DNA of 56,984 nt, counting the filler, from Sphacelaria rigidula (taxonomy: Eukaryota), in NCBI GenBank assembly GCA_964200075.2. It is 8 parts of 8 records of this genome, joined end to end, with 100 filler letters (N's around TTAATTAATTAA, not from the genome) between each part and the next. Parts side by side here need not be neighbours in the genome. Positions count along the whole stretch, not along the records: positions 35,681 to 42,715 come from CAXNAA020016836.1; positions 42,816 to 49,850 come from CAXNAA020016837.1; positions 49,951 to 56,984 come from CAXNAA020016838.1; 5 more parts are not named here. One strand, 5' to 3'. Below are positions 38,290 through 50,741 of this stretch, one piece after another (positions within the stretch are counted from its first letter, which is position 1; each line of letters starts with the position of its first letter). Made by a program: the position numbers and the translations under genes. The notes below the pieces were generated by a model that worked only from the letters and a program-made list of their open reading frames with translations, made no database searches and was not told the DNA's origin.

Positions 38290-41200
38290 TCATGAGTCAT
38301 CTGCATCCCAAGCGGTGTCCGTGTTCCGTAGAACGGCTGTGTCGAGTTCGCCTTGGTCGTGTCGTTGGAGGCACCAGGACCCTCTCAGAGCGGTCGACTC
38401 CTCGGTGTAGTGCGCATCATCCAAGCGAATCTTAAGGGGGCTCGGGTCATCGAGGAAACGAATAAAGTAGGAGTTGTCAGATGCAGGATCGACCAAATGA
38501 ATCTCACCCAACCACCACAGGGAGTCCAAATCATCATACCAAAAATACGCTCCCTTCGGCAAACGTTGTCCGTGAAAAGACTGCATGTATTATGAACGCG
38601 AGAGAAGGCTATATCCTGCCACAACAAACCGCGCCGAGTGCTCTCGTGCCAGTTCCCGAGCGGCAGCTCCCTTGCGCATCGGCCTATATCTCTTATTCAA
38701 CGGGTGGTGTTGGACGGTATCTCCTACCCAGCACAGCAATATTTCCCGACGAAAGTGACATAAGTCGACCTCACGCTCCCATGTAACACGCATGATACCC
38801 TTCCAATGAGTCTGGTACATAACCGTTATTTTATCTCCTCGACCTCGGACTAATTGATGGCCCGAGATGCGATCTACCAGTACTCGCTCAAGGGGCCCGT
38901 TGGCATCTTCAACCGTCATGTGATATGGGGGGGCTTCGACCGCGTAGTCGGTCAACACGTACTGACTGAGATCCATTAGCAATGGCTTGGGCATGTCGGA
39001 AGCATCATGCGGCGGCAGACACGGTTTACATCTCAGCATCGATACTCGAGTTTTGGGTTTGATGCCAGGTTCATCAGTGGGAAATCCAAATACAAAGGTC
39101 TCTCGCCTACCGGACTATTGTCGGGCGCGGCATCACAGGACCCAACCGCCAAGATCTCCAAGGGGCCAGTCCAGTTCAAGTTGTACTTTCGACTTCAACA
39201 CCTTATCCAACGACGACTTATTGGAGCAAGCCCCCTGAGTTACGGTCTTCACATCATTGTACACCCATGCCCATTGATCTACCTTCCACACCGGACGATT
39301 GTTGACCGCATCATCCAACACAGTGTTTGCCCTGGCTACTTTCGCTGCGTCGATCTGGTTTTGCTCGCGTACTACCTCATACGCTAGGCGAAGACAATTA
39401 CTAACAGAAATATGGTACTCCGCGATATCCCAATTCAAACTCTGATGGCCCCCATAAGGTTTCCGTTCGAACACCGTCCTTGACAATCTGGGCATACGAC
39501 CAATGTAAACTTCATTGGGACCAAATCCCGTTGCGGCATCGACTGAATTGTTGTAGTTCATCTGAAGAAGGGGCACATGCAAGTCCCAGTCCGTCTGTCG
39601 TTCGTTGGTTACCGTTGCAAGCATTTGAGCCATCGTATGGTTCACTCGTTCGGTCCTACCGTTTGTGGACGGGTGGTATGAGCTTGTAAAAATACCATGG
39701 GCACCCAGGAGGTCACTGATCGCAGCAGAAAGCTTGCCGGCGAAGTGCGGGCCGTTATCGGATAACAATCGCTTGGGCACACCCCAATGCAGAATATTGG
39801 TGTATACAAGAATGTTGGCAGTACCTTCCGCGTTATAGCTACTGGCAGCGACGGCGTGCATCACCGCATGTCGACTAAATTTATATGTGAACATCAAAAT
39901 ATACTTATGACCACTATCCGTCAGGGGCAAGGGGCCAAAATAGTCCCACAAAAGTACTTCACCAGGCTCGTTTGGGAGTGGCATGAAAACAATCGGCCAA
40001 CGAACTGTCTGACGTGAAGTTTTTCGCGCCTGACACAAAAGACAACGCCTCACCCACCAACGTACACACTGGTCCATACAAATCCACCAATTAAAACGCT
40101 CAAGCATCTGGGAGGTCCGAGCAACTCCCAGATGTGTCGATACTTGTGAATGATACTCATGGAGAACCCATGGGCGCAGCAGAATCGACACATAAATTCG
40201 TGTGGGGTCATCACCTAACAAGCAGGCGTGTTTACTGGTAGGTTTACCCACACGAAGGGGCGCTGTGGGACGGCGAACCAAGAGAACGACACCATCATCA
40301 TCCGTATGAAGCATACCTTTCCGCGATAGTTCAGTAACTTCATCCTGTGTGGGGGCTTTGTAGTTCCCAACGGGCAAGAGGAATTCGGTTGCTGGAAAAT
40401 GAGACGGATCTCTTTGGATAAATAATGCATAACCGCTCCACAAGCAGGTTCAGCTTGTTGTTCTCTGGCCCAATCGGCGTGGGAAAGAAGGGTCAAACGT
40501 TCCTCAAATACACTATCCGACGGGTTTTCCAAAATGAAGGGGTTCGTGTCACGGTGGTGTTGACTCGAATCGGGGACATTTGGATCATGCGTGGGGGAAT
40601 CAGTTAGTGTACTTCCAAGCGTCTTCGAATCCTACGTCGACTAGCGCATCGGATGATGAGGCATCAGTGGGTGCATCATCACCGGGGAAGGGAGGCAAAG
40701 CCGGAGCTTCGGATATGGTGGGAAGAGGTGCCGTGGATGGAGTCGATCTTCTGGGGGCCTTGCGCCGCGGTGGGTGAGGGGGCGCAAGGAAAGTATCGGG
40801 CACCGGGATGGGACTTGGGACAGGAAGGTCCGGGCCAGCGGCCGCCAGGGTGGCGGCCGTTTTGGCGGCCCGTCGTCCCCTGGTTCTACTCGAGATGAGA
40901 TTTCGCACCTGAACCGGGAGGACGAAATCAGCACAAGACGGTTCTACATTTGCAGCACAAACCATACGATGACCAGTTGCACGAAAATGATCATACCCGC
41001 TCGGGTTTGTACTAGCTCCACTTCAAACTGAACACAACGATTGAGGTGGCATACTGCCTAGTACAGAAGCGTGAGCTGTAGTCGTCAGCCAATCCATACC
41101 AAGTGACGAGTTGTTGTTCAGTGAAAGAGGTGTGTAGATACCGCTATGACCGTTTCTGCTAATAAAATATACAATGTTTTCGGTGGGATCCGTGATGCGT

Positions 41201-42698
41201 CTTAAGGCGGAGCTGCTGATGGGTTGGGCTGGGATGGGCAAGCGAGACAGAAAATCAGCGTTTGCGTTTTGAGGTCCTTTTTGATACTTCAGTGTGAAGT
41301 TGTAAAAGACAGGATTTCAAACCAGCGTTGGACCCGGGCGTTGTGTTTTGTCATTTTGGCGAGGTTTCCCAAAGACTTATGATATGTATAAATCACAAAC
41401 GGAATATCATACAAGTACTGACGGAGACGTCGCACTCCCCAAACAATCGCACCCTCCATGACCGACCAGGTTTGTTCGTTTGGATAGGTGGTTCGACTCA
41501 AGTATACAATGGGGCGAATATTAGCATCTGGTTGTTCCTGCTTCAACGTGCAGCCAAACGAAATTTTGAAGGAACCCGTGTGAAGTCGGAATGGACGTGA
41601 ACCATTTTCAGCGGCCGACCAGTCTGGGAAAACCAAGATCGGTGGTCGCGACAGGGTGTCAAGTAGTTGACGTACTATTTTCTCCATTTCCAAGGTGAAT
41701 GCGAATTTCACTCCTTATTTGAGAAGGGAGGTGAGAGGTTTGAGGATTTGGGCTAGGTTCGGCAAGTACTGTCGGTAGTAGCTCAAAACGCCCAGCAAGG
41801 AGCGCAGTTAAGATGTATCCCGTGGCATGGGCATATCTGTAAGTGCGCAACCTTGTTGAGGTTTGGACTACGATCTTCAGGAGTGATACAGTGGCCCAGG
41901 AATTCGATGCTGGTCGCTCCAATGCGGGATTTAGACGAGGAAAGTTTCAAGTTGTGTTGTTCGAAGCGAGCGAAAAAGGATGCCAAGTGCTCGACACGTT
42001 CGGAAGGGGTGCTTCCGTGTATGACCGCGTCATCGGGGTACATATGGCACTTAGACAATCCATCTGTCACACGAAACATCACACGTTGAAATGCCCCGGG
42101 GGCGCCGGCGGCACCTTGTGGTGTTACCAACCATTCATACCGGCCTGACGGTGTACAAAACGCCGTCAGTTCTTTAGATTGCGGATCCATCACAAGTTGG
42201 TGGTAGCCGGACTGCATGTCGAAGTTCGGAAATACTTCACCACCGCCGAGAGAGTCAATGCTTTTCATCTATCCGGGGAAGAGGCAGACGTGCGATTTTG
42301 GTGACTGCGTTCAATCGTTGGTTATTGACCGTCAGTCTGATTTTACCGTCCTTCTTCCGGACGACTACGAGTGGCGAGGCCCAAGGGGACGTTGAGTGCC
42401 GTATTAAATCGGCGGATAAGTATCCGTCGAGATTTATCTGAATTTTATCCGCTAAGAGGAGGTTTGTACGGTACGGATGAGTGGCGATAGGTGGCGTTTC
42501 ATCAGGAATTTTGATTTTGAACGGTGTGTTGGTGCAGCGGCCGAGATCTAGGGGCGCTGTGGAAAATCGTTCAGAATCTCTCATCAAAATAGCGCGGAGC
42601 CTATCGATCACCGTGGGGGTCCAACCGTCACCAGATAGATCAAAAGCAATGTGTCGCAAGTGTGGTGGGATATCGTCCCATAAACGTTGGAAACTAAC
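38290..42698 (-). mobile_element. Decayed chromodomain-bearing Ty3/Gypsy retrotransposon B pol (RT, RNase H, integrase, chromodomain, extra C-terminal domain)
   Basis: RT SPWASPLVVVRKKDGKIRL, FDMQSGYHQ, PQG, YPDD (from YLDD). RNase H 41289-41711. Integrase 39133-40443 with H...HLG...CLLCQ zinc finger, DYFGPLP, LLSDNG and NGRTERVN. Chromodomain in 38590-39039. Frameshifts and stops present. Confidence 0.93.
39133..40443 (-). pseudogene. Gypsy integrase (HHCC zinc finger plus DDE core), 436-aa open segment of the disrupted pol
   Basis: D(YFGP)...D(NG)...E(RVN) triad; HHCC motif upstream. Confidence 0.92.
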
Positions 42699-44234
42699 GA
42701 GTCATCCTACGATAGNNNNNNNNNNNNNNNNNNNNNNNNNNNNNNNNNNNNNNNNNNNNTTAATTAATTAANNNNNNNNNNNNNNNNNNNNNNNNNNNNN
42801 NNNNNNNNNNNNNNNCGTCGAACGGAGACGAAGGGGGGGGAGAGGGGGGGGGGGGGGGGGGGGGGGGGGGTAATCATTTGTTGCTTGCCTTGGTCGTTTG
42901 ACCATTAACCACGCATTCCTTTCGAGACGGAGCACCGTTCCTACTCCTCATGGAGACTCCTCTAACATGTTAATGCGCATTATGCTTTTTCTAGACATGG
43001 GGTGCTTGCGAATTGGTCAGTGTCGCCACGATTTCCTAGATGATAGTCGTGTAGGGAGGGACGGGGGGAAGGGGGGGGGCCTGCGGCGGGGCTAAACTGA
43101 AAGATACGCCCCACCGCGGAACAGGACATCTTTTTTTGTCCATGATTTTCCAAGTATTGATCCTTTTGGTACTGGCGACGAAAGAGAATGGATTTCGAAG
43201 TGTTGTTTTTTGAACGACATACGGTTGATATTTTACCGCTTTCACGCAAAACTATTGGCCCGGTTTGTGTTTCTAAGACCTGTATATAAATGTGCCGCAG
43301 TGGAGTACGGAACTCGGTACTATTTATAGAAAAAGGACAGGTGGTGCCGATTTTTGTTCTTGTATACTTAAGCCACGCAAGTGCTGGTTTTGGCTGTGTT
43401 CACAGACTTGAAACAAACTTGACCCTTTGCGTCTCCTCATAGGACAAAGCTAATCCGACCGCACTGGGACGTTGATGGTGCGCGCCTGACATATGCTGGT
43501 GGATCCTTCTGTGGCCCTCGCCCTAAAAATGGTCGCCGTCGTTTTTTTTTGTTCCCATCTTTTCTTCTGTCAGGGCTTTTGAAAATATTGGGCGTCTGAC
43601 CCGGGGACGGAAGGGGAGGGTTCCCAGAGGGTTAGAGGAACTATTATAGTAAAAATTCTGGTTTCTCATTCATCTGAAAATCTGCACATTTATACAGTAT
43701 ATACGTATTTTTCTCTCGAAATTTTTCAAAAAAAGAGAATATACCGAGTCAAAATGTGGGGAAAATGATGTCCAAACTAAGAGTACGCTGGGCGTACGCG
43801 TAGGGACTGTGAGCCATGTAACGATCCAAACACGATGATTACACTACGGCCAAATATTTTCAACCATGGAGTTGGGGTGCCGGTTTGGGAATAATTTCGC
43901 CGAGTTTTGGATTCTGGATTCAGGGGCAACCCGAACGTCGTTGAGCGAGTAGCTCATGGGTGGTCATGGGCCGCTCGTACCCGATGCGCGTCTAGCCGAT
44001 AAATACCTTGACAGGAGCTGTTTTACAGGCGCTATATGGTTCACGCTCAGCCGTTTAAACCCTTGGACCGCGGGGGTAGTCCATCTGGATTGTGCATACT
44101 CTTTTGAAGTGAAAGTGACGCCGATTCAACACATAACTTTTTCTCGCTGTCAAAGAGTCAGCGCTAGGATGAGTCACGTGTCGAATCGGCGTTATTTCGA
44201 TCCGCCCTGGCGTTTCAAGTGTTCACGTTGTTGT

Positions 44235-44283
44235 GGTTCGGTTCGGTTCGGTTCGGTTCGGTTCGGTTTGGTATGGTTCGGTT
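44235..44283. repeat. (GGTTC)n microsatellite
   Basis: Six perfect GGTTC units plus degenerate units. Confidence 0.9.
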
Positions 44284-44295
44284 GTTGCTGAAGAG

Positions 44296-44478
44296 TAGGG
44301 CCTGACCGATAAGGCATGCCGAAGGGGAGTCAAAGGCAACTGGCCTGAGGCACGTCTCAGGCACAATAGTTGGCCTCAGGAAACTGCTAAGGCACGCCTT
44401 ACCCGTATTCATGCCTGAAATGCCTGAGTTTATAGCTCGGGATGCCTGAGACTTGACTTAGACTTGCCTTAGACTTGA
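44296..44478. mobile_element. Probable DNA transposon end (hAT-like) with GCCTGA/TCAGGC subterminal repeats
   Basis: Starts TAGGGC; GCCT(G/T)A motif recurs in both orientations. Confidence 0.4.
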
Positions 44479-44580
44479 AAAAAAATGTTGAATCAAACAT
44501 GTGTGTTTTTTTTTCTTGCTCGCTTTTGATTTGATTTTTTCTTTCTCAATCGGATGATGAAAACTCACGACCGACAACAG

Positions 44581-47500
44581 GTGCTGGATGTAGACGAGGT
44601 AGAAGACGAGGAAACACGGCTGCTGGTGAAGTGGCTTGGAAACGGATACGCCGAGTGCACCTACGAGGTCGTCACGGACCTCGATTCAGCCGGACTGGTG
44701 CGTCACTCGAGTCATACATCAATATATACACCTACAGTAGGTACCGAGTACTGCTATGTCGTTTTCTGTCGCGCTGTATTGCGTTCTTGTGTAGTACAGT
44801 GTGTTGCGCTGGCCTGCACTGCCGGTTGGGAAAGATCTGCTGGAGCTGAGGAAGCTGCTGGAAAGACTTGGAAAATTACGGAAAACATGATGCACGTAGA
44901 CTGCAACTAGATGGAGTATATACCTTTAAGCTGCACGGGTTTGGTGTTGCTGTTTTGTGGTGTTTTTTTTTCGTATGCTTGGAAGATGTCTGTATATCCA
45001 TATACACATTTACATGAGTGTACATGATCGTTTTTGTTTTCTGTTGTCTGGACAATGACGTGATCCGTAGCAAATCCGACTCGAAAATCTCGAGGTGATG
45101 GAGATATGGGATGTGCTTTAATACCGACGGGAACTATCTGTCCGAGCTGAAGGGGCTGGTGAAGCCATATCAAGTAACGAAAATATACATGTTGCCCAAA
45201 ATAAACCGATTTCATATTTTTTCTTTGCTATAATAGTGTCATATACACGTGTTCGCCCAGGTACTTTTTTTTCTACATGCTATGGATAAACAAACACATA
45301 ATGGCCAAGGACAGCATCCGCAAGTACAACAAAAGCCCCAAAAATTCACCATCGCAAACACTCTCGGACGTCGCCGTGCTCCCCCCCCCCCCCAACTTCT
45401 CATGTCTTGTGAAAAATGACACGGGTGAAATGATATCAACATGAAAAAAAAACAGACTCAAGAATACCTGGCAGCCGTGGAGACGTACCATCGACGGGAA
45501 GACCTGTCCCAGCTCAAGAAACTGGTCAGAAAGCAGAAGTCGGCCAACAGGAGAGAGCAGGACAGGAAGAGGAAAAACTACAAGCCGGATCTAGAGGCGA
45601 AGCCTCCTGTGTTCAAGAATGGAGGAGCGCTACGGGATTACCAACGAACGGTGATTTTTCATTGTCTCTTCTCTTCTTGATAATTGTTTTCCCCTTGCCC
45701 AAGATAAAAAATCATCTCCCATCCCAATAAACATTTCTATTCCATACTAAAAATACATCAATTAATTAATTAATTGATTGATTCCACGAAACATATCATC
45801 CATCATAATTTGTGTACATTTTATTCGTTTTTCCGCTCCCCCTCCGCCCGAAGGCGCACTTGATGATTGTCATCCTGGTCCGGCGAAAACCGGCGTGCTC
45901 CGTCCCGGCTTTGTAGGGATACGAGGTCAATTCCTCTAAACATAACTACCTCGTGCAAGATCATGTGTACCTCCCCGCCCCCCCCCCGTTGCTATCGCCC
46001 CCTCCACCCCCCGCGCCCCTACTTGTTTCCATTGAGGCATGCGCAATTATACACAAAAACGAAGCCGCTACGCGCCAGGACTGTGTATCATAGTGTGTGT
46101 TGCGTCTTCAACTTCATGTGTACTTTTGAACTTGGACAATCTGCTACAGTACATCACAGTCGTTCGATTTTCCCCACCACAGCCCCTCCATTCATTTTTG
46201 GTGCCTCTTGCGAGCATCTTCACTTAGGTTTGCTCCCCTCCCTCTCCACCCAGAAGCATGCCGAGGTGTAACTCGTGGCTGCCTCTGGAAGTGGCAAGAT
46301 CAGAAAATGAAGCAGCTCATTCGAGGGTGTGATCCATCTGCAAGATGACTACTTCGTACTATGTATGCCTTGGGCCGAACCATCTGAGTAAGATGCAGCT
46401 CACTCTTCAAGCGACTTACCGAGCATATCACAGCGCTTCGTGGTTGGTCATTGCCGGCCTGGTCCGACGAAACCCGGCGTGCTCCGTGCTGGCTTCGTAG
46501 GCATGCGAGGTCAAAAGTCATATGACCACTACGGCATGCAGAATCACGAGTACATAAGATTCCCCCCCCCCTTACACATGAGCCATATGATTTGATTTGA
46601 TTTGATTTGATTGACTGTCGCACTTGAACTGACCCCCCATGGGTCCAGCCGTGGTTACATGGTAGACGTGCCCAAGACGAGATAAAACTGAAACACTCGC
46701 TGAAGAAAAAGAAGGGGCAGAAACAGGTCGAACAGAACAACAAAGTATATACGTATAACGTGGGGGAAAAAAGAGTGAAAAAAATGAAGAAAAGGAAAAA
46801 AAAATCGAGATGAACAAAGCACAGGAAGACACGGCCGGTCCAAAAAAATTTATACATGTGTAGGGGAAAGAGGAAGTAAGGTACCCATGGCCATCCCGTG
46901 CGGGTCCGTGGTGGAGTCGATGAAGTGACAGCGGTATGTGTGGCATATGTGACGAGTATTCGCGTTGAATATATGCGATTTCTTCGTCGGTTGAACTTTG
47001 TGGGGGGTGATGGGAGTGGAGGGGGTATACATTTCCAAGTCAGTAGTTGCCGATTGGTGCACGCCTCCTCTTGTAGCCACTTTTAAACATTATTCTTTCA
47101 TATTTTGTTGTCATCATATCTATTCTGGACGCCGGCCTACACCTTTCTGTACATGTGGGCGCACCAGCCGGGGTGGGGTCACACAGGAGAAAGGTCAACG
47201 CAAGAGCTTTTTCTTTTTTATTTGTTTTAATTCACCACCTTCCTTCTGCGGTGCCTCCCTCTTATTTTTCATCGCGAGAGGGGTTCAGCAATCCCTTTCC
47301 CTCGTCGACTGTCAAGTCGAATGTGTTGCGTACCCATGACATGGTCGCTCTCCACTGCGGGGCATTGTGTGGGGAAAAATCCCAGATCGTTTGACTTCAC
47401 GAACCCATGGCGCAACCGTCAGAAGGTTTCGAGGTTACCAACTGAGCCACTGGGGCGACCGGCTGTAAACAATCCGTTCGGATTTGGAAGGTCTGCACTA

Positions 47501-49491
47501 TTTTTAACGACTAACGCCGCCCGTTTTCGCGTGTTCTGTTAAAATGTTTGATTAGTTTATTGATCGCTTTTCTGACCGGTTGGTTGCTTGTTCGCTCGGT
47601 TGCGTCCCGCGGCAGGGTGTGAGCTGGATGTTGTATAACTGGATTCACAACCGAGGCAGCATCTTGGCAGATGAGATGGGACTGGGCAAGACGTTGCAGG
47701 TACGGATGGACTGGACGGTCCTACACTTTCTTGTCTTTTTTTTTGTTCTGTATGTGCGTGTTTGTGTGCGTGCATGTCGTTGTTTGGCTCTATGGATTTC
47801 ATGTCGTTTTTCTCTCACCGTGGACAATATGCAGCGTTGGCAAAAAGTGTACTGTGTACTGTATCGACTATTGCGTCCATTGGTAATGGATAACAAATTC
47901 AATGCTGGACTTGATGCTACTTGAAAGTGCGGGGGGGGGGGGGGACGTTAGAAAATAACATTGAAAAAAAGTCCCGAAAAGATCCAAAATATTGGTGTGA
48001 TTCATTTGGCTTCTTTTATATATATATATATATTTTCCTTCTACTCGTATCACCCGCGTTTTGTTTTTGTAATGAACCCGACTTAAGCCTCGTCACTGAA
48101 ACCGCTGTATACCCAAACGACCAAATATGCACCATGGAGCGAACTTTATGGGACAGAGGAAGTATAACCCCATTTCGCATACCCTACACTCCTGGGTGTT
48201 GGTGTTTCCTATACCCTTACTCCTCGGTGTTGGTGTCACCTACGCGTTGGACGCAGACGGTGTCATTTCTCACCATCCTCCGTCAAGACTACAACATCCC
48301 GGGACCGTTCCTGATCATCGCACCGCTGTCCACGGTGATGCACTGGCAGAGGGAGTTTCAGAACTGGTCGGACATGAACACCATCGTGTATCACGGCTCT
48401 CAGGTACAGTGGTACCGAAATCTGTAGTGCACTGCGCTGCGTGTGCTTGTGCGTGCTTGTAGTATTGAACGTGGCATTCTTCTTGTGTTTGAGGTCTCGC
48501 ACACAATTTTGTATGCTGTGGTTCTCGAGCATGATATCATGAAAACTTCATGAGAAATGTTCACGATTCGGGGTTACATACGCTCCCGTGTTTTTCATGA
48601 TCCGTTGATGTTTTTCTTTTCATCCTTTTGTTTTTGTTTTTGTTTTTGTTTTGTTTTTCTTGTATCGCGTCTGTGTGAATTTTCGTAGGTCCGATTTATT
48701 TCCTGATTTTTTTTCCTTTTACCCTAACATGGGATGGTAGCCTGTGACCACGGAAGACGTCCGAGTCAGATGCCCAGTACAACACTGCGCGGATACCGGA
48801 ACGACTTTTTAATGTGAAGACAAAAACAACAACAACAACAACAACAACAACAATAACATTGATGGCGAGTTCGGATGGGTGGCGCTGGTGGTGTGTGTGA
48901 GTGTGTGTGGTGTCGTCGAGTATCGTTTTGTGTGTCATATTTCATGTACCTTCCTTGGTGTTGAAATTATGTCGTACCTTTGTCATGTACGTTGTTTCGC
49001 ATACGTTGTGTCATGCGCCATGTTTTCATGTACTTTGCTGTCATGCACTTTGTTTTCATGTACTTTTGCTTTCATCCTGTGCCTTGTTTTCATGTACTTG
49101 ACTTTCATGTACCTTTTTCATGTACTTTACTTTAATGTACCTTTTTCATGTGCCTATGTACCTTGTTTCATGTACCCCTTCGATGTACGTGCTGCCCTTC
49201 GCCTCATTCTTTTACCCCTTTTCGGCGACTCGTTTTCGGTGCCTTCGTCTGGATCTTTTTTCATCTAGTCCTTGGCATAATACCACGCTCGGTAGTTGAT
49301 CGTTTGAGGGTTTGGCCCACCCCATGTTCTCATCTTGTCCCGGATGGTTTGTGTCTGTGTGTGCGTGTACGCGTGTTGGTATGTGTGTGTTTGTTTTTTG
49401 GCAGGAGGACCGAGATATACTGGAAGCATACGAATTTGAGTTTAGTTGCGACCAGGATCGCAAGGAAAGAGACAAGACCAGACTCGCTAAT
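44581..49491 (+). CDS. CHD-family chromodomain SNF2 helicase/chromatin remodeler; 5 internal exons, partial
   Basis: Exons 44581-44697 (chromodomain: VLDVDE...[16 protein letters not shown]), 45456-45650 ([16 protein letters not shown]), 47616-47699 (GVSWMLYNW...[14 protein letters not shown], Walker A), 48257-48403 ([33 protein letters not shown]) and 49405-49491. All phase 0 with GT-AG introns. The FKNG-x-LRDYQ and MNTIVYHGS motifs resemble the CHD6-9/Kismet group. Confidence 0.93.
46262..46553 (-). mobile_element. ~290-bp LTR-like (TRIM-like) repeat copy in a CHD intron; fragments also at ~45850-45970, ~49690-49800, 42870-42940 and 21411-21478
   Basis: Shared core CCTGGTCCGGCGAAAACCCGGCGTGCTCCGTCCCGGCTTTGTAGGGATGCG and terminus ...GAGTACA followed by a C-run. 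Confidence 0.75.
46570..46860 (-). mobile_element. Non-LTR retroelement 3' end with (AAATC)n tail; related copy at ~50900-51270 (+)
   Basis: T-rich 3' region, shared block TTCAGC(AGC)GAGTGTTTC...ACCA(C/T)GGCTGGA...TGCGACA, then CAAT/AAATC repeats (46588-46613). Confidence 0.6.
47108..47463 (-). mobile_element. tRNA-derived SINE, near full length (~360 bp)
   Basis: Head GCCCCAGTGGCTCAGTTGGTAA (A box) and degenerate B box GGTTCG. The body matches several 5'-truncated copies elsewhere in the window. Confidence 0.7.
48940..49190. repeat. Degenerate TTTCATGTAC minisatellite in a CHD intron
   Basis: More than 10 imperfect (T)TCATGTAC units. Confidence 0.8.
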
Positions 49492-49950
49492 GTAAGTACT
49501 TTTCTGGAAGTTTTTGCAGAAAGTATTGTTGCGTGTGTGTGCTGTCATTCCATCTCTTCTAGTCACCAGTCTGGACCTTTCGGTACACGTGGACGTTTCA
49601 GCCCGGGTCACACAGGAATAAAGTGAACATATGATTTTTTTTTTTTCTAGCAATCCATCTTCCTGCGGTGCTTTGCCGGGGAGAGAGGGGAGGGAGAGTG
49701 TACTCATGATGTTGCATGCGGTAGCCATAAGACCATTAGCTTCGCATCCCAACAAGGTCAGGATTGAGCACACCGGGTTTTCGCTGGACCAAGCTCGTCC
49801 CCGAGGGGTGGGGGAGGGAGAGGGGGAGGGGGGGTGTATTTATGATCTTGNNNNNNNNNNNNNNNNNNNNNNNNNNNNNNNNNNNNNNNNNNNNTTAATT
49901 AATTAANNNNNNNNNNNNNNNNNNNNNNNNNNNNNNNNNNNNNNNNNNNN

Positions 49951-50741
49951 CTCGAAAGGGATGCGTGGTCAATGGTCACACGACTAAGGCAAGCAACAAA
50001 TGAGTACGCCCCTCCCCCCCGCCCCTCCGTGGTGAGCCGCCCACGAGGCAGTGTGTAACCCGTGGCTGTCTCTGGAAGTGGCGATTCTAGAAAATGAAGC
50101 GACTCATTGCCTTGAAGATTGGCATCCACATGTGATATCATCGGTACGCTTCGGGCCGAGCAATCTTAGCAGGATGTAACTCACACTTCATGCGACTCGC
50201 CGAACACATCACGGCGCTTCGCGCTTGGTGATAGATTGCGAACCTGGTCCGGCGAAAACCCGGGGTGCTTCGTCCCGGCTTTGTGGGGATGCGAGATCAA
50301 CGGCTATATATATATATATATATATATGACTACGGCATGCAAGATCATGAGTACACCCCCCCTTCGAGTGAGATCATAATGCGCGGGGTGCAGAACTTCA
50401 ACTCCGAGCACGGGATATGATCGTACTGCGTAGTGTTTGAATGCTGAGACAACCATGAGGCAGTTTATAACCCGTGGCTATCTCTGGAAGTGGCGATACC
50501 AGAAAGGAAACAACTCATTCGAGGCTATCGTCCATATGCAAGATAACTAGCACGCTTAGGACCGGATAAACATAGCAGGATACAGCTGCCCCCTAATGCG
50601 ACTCGCTTGACAGATCACGGCCCCTTGCGCTTGGTGACTGCGAGTCTGATCCGGGCGAAAAACCCGGAGTGCTCCGTCTCGGCTTTGTAGGGATGCGTGG
50701 TCAATGGTGTTACAACAACGGTATGAAAGACTATGGGTACA
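49951..50741 (-). mobile_element. Tandem-array TRIM-like non-autonomous LTR element (three LTRs, two short internal regions)
   Basis: Minus strand: LTR 50741-50456 (TGTAC...CCTCA), PBS-like TGGTTGTCTCAGCA from 50455, 100-bp internal region, [13 protein letters not shown] (50365-50356), LTR 50355-50044, TGG plus 35-bp internal/PPT, partial LTR 50008-49951. Confidence 0.75.

Noticed and set aside
28696-42715. Two Gypsy elements arranged tail-to-tail as one composite
   Set aside because: They are separated by a linker and are unlinked contigs; they are also clearly diverged in sequence.
50100-50160. 5S rRNA-derived segment in the LTR, as in Cassandra TRIMs (AAGCGTGCT...ATGGATGAC in the family consensus)
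   Set aside because: Only short words match and the A-to-C box spacing is wrong; an Infernal 5S search would be needed.
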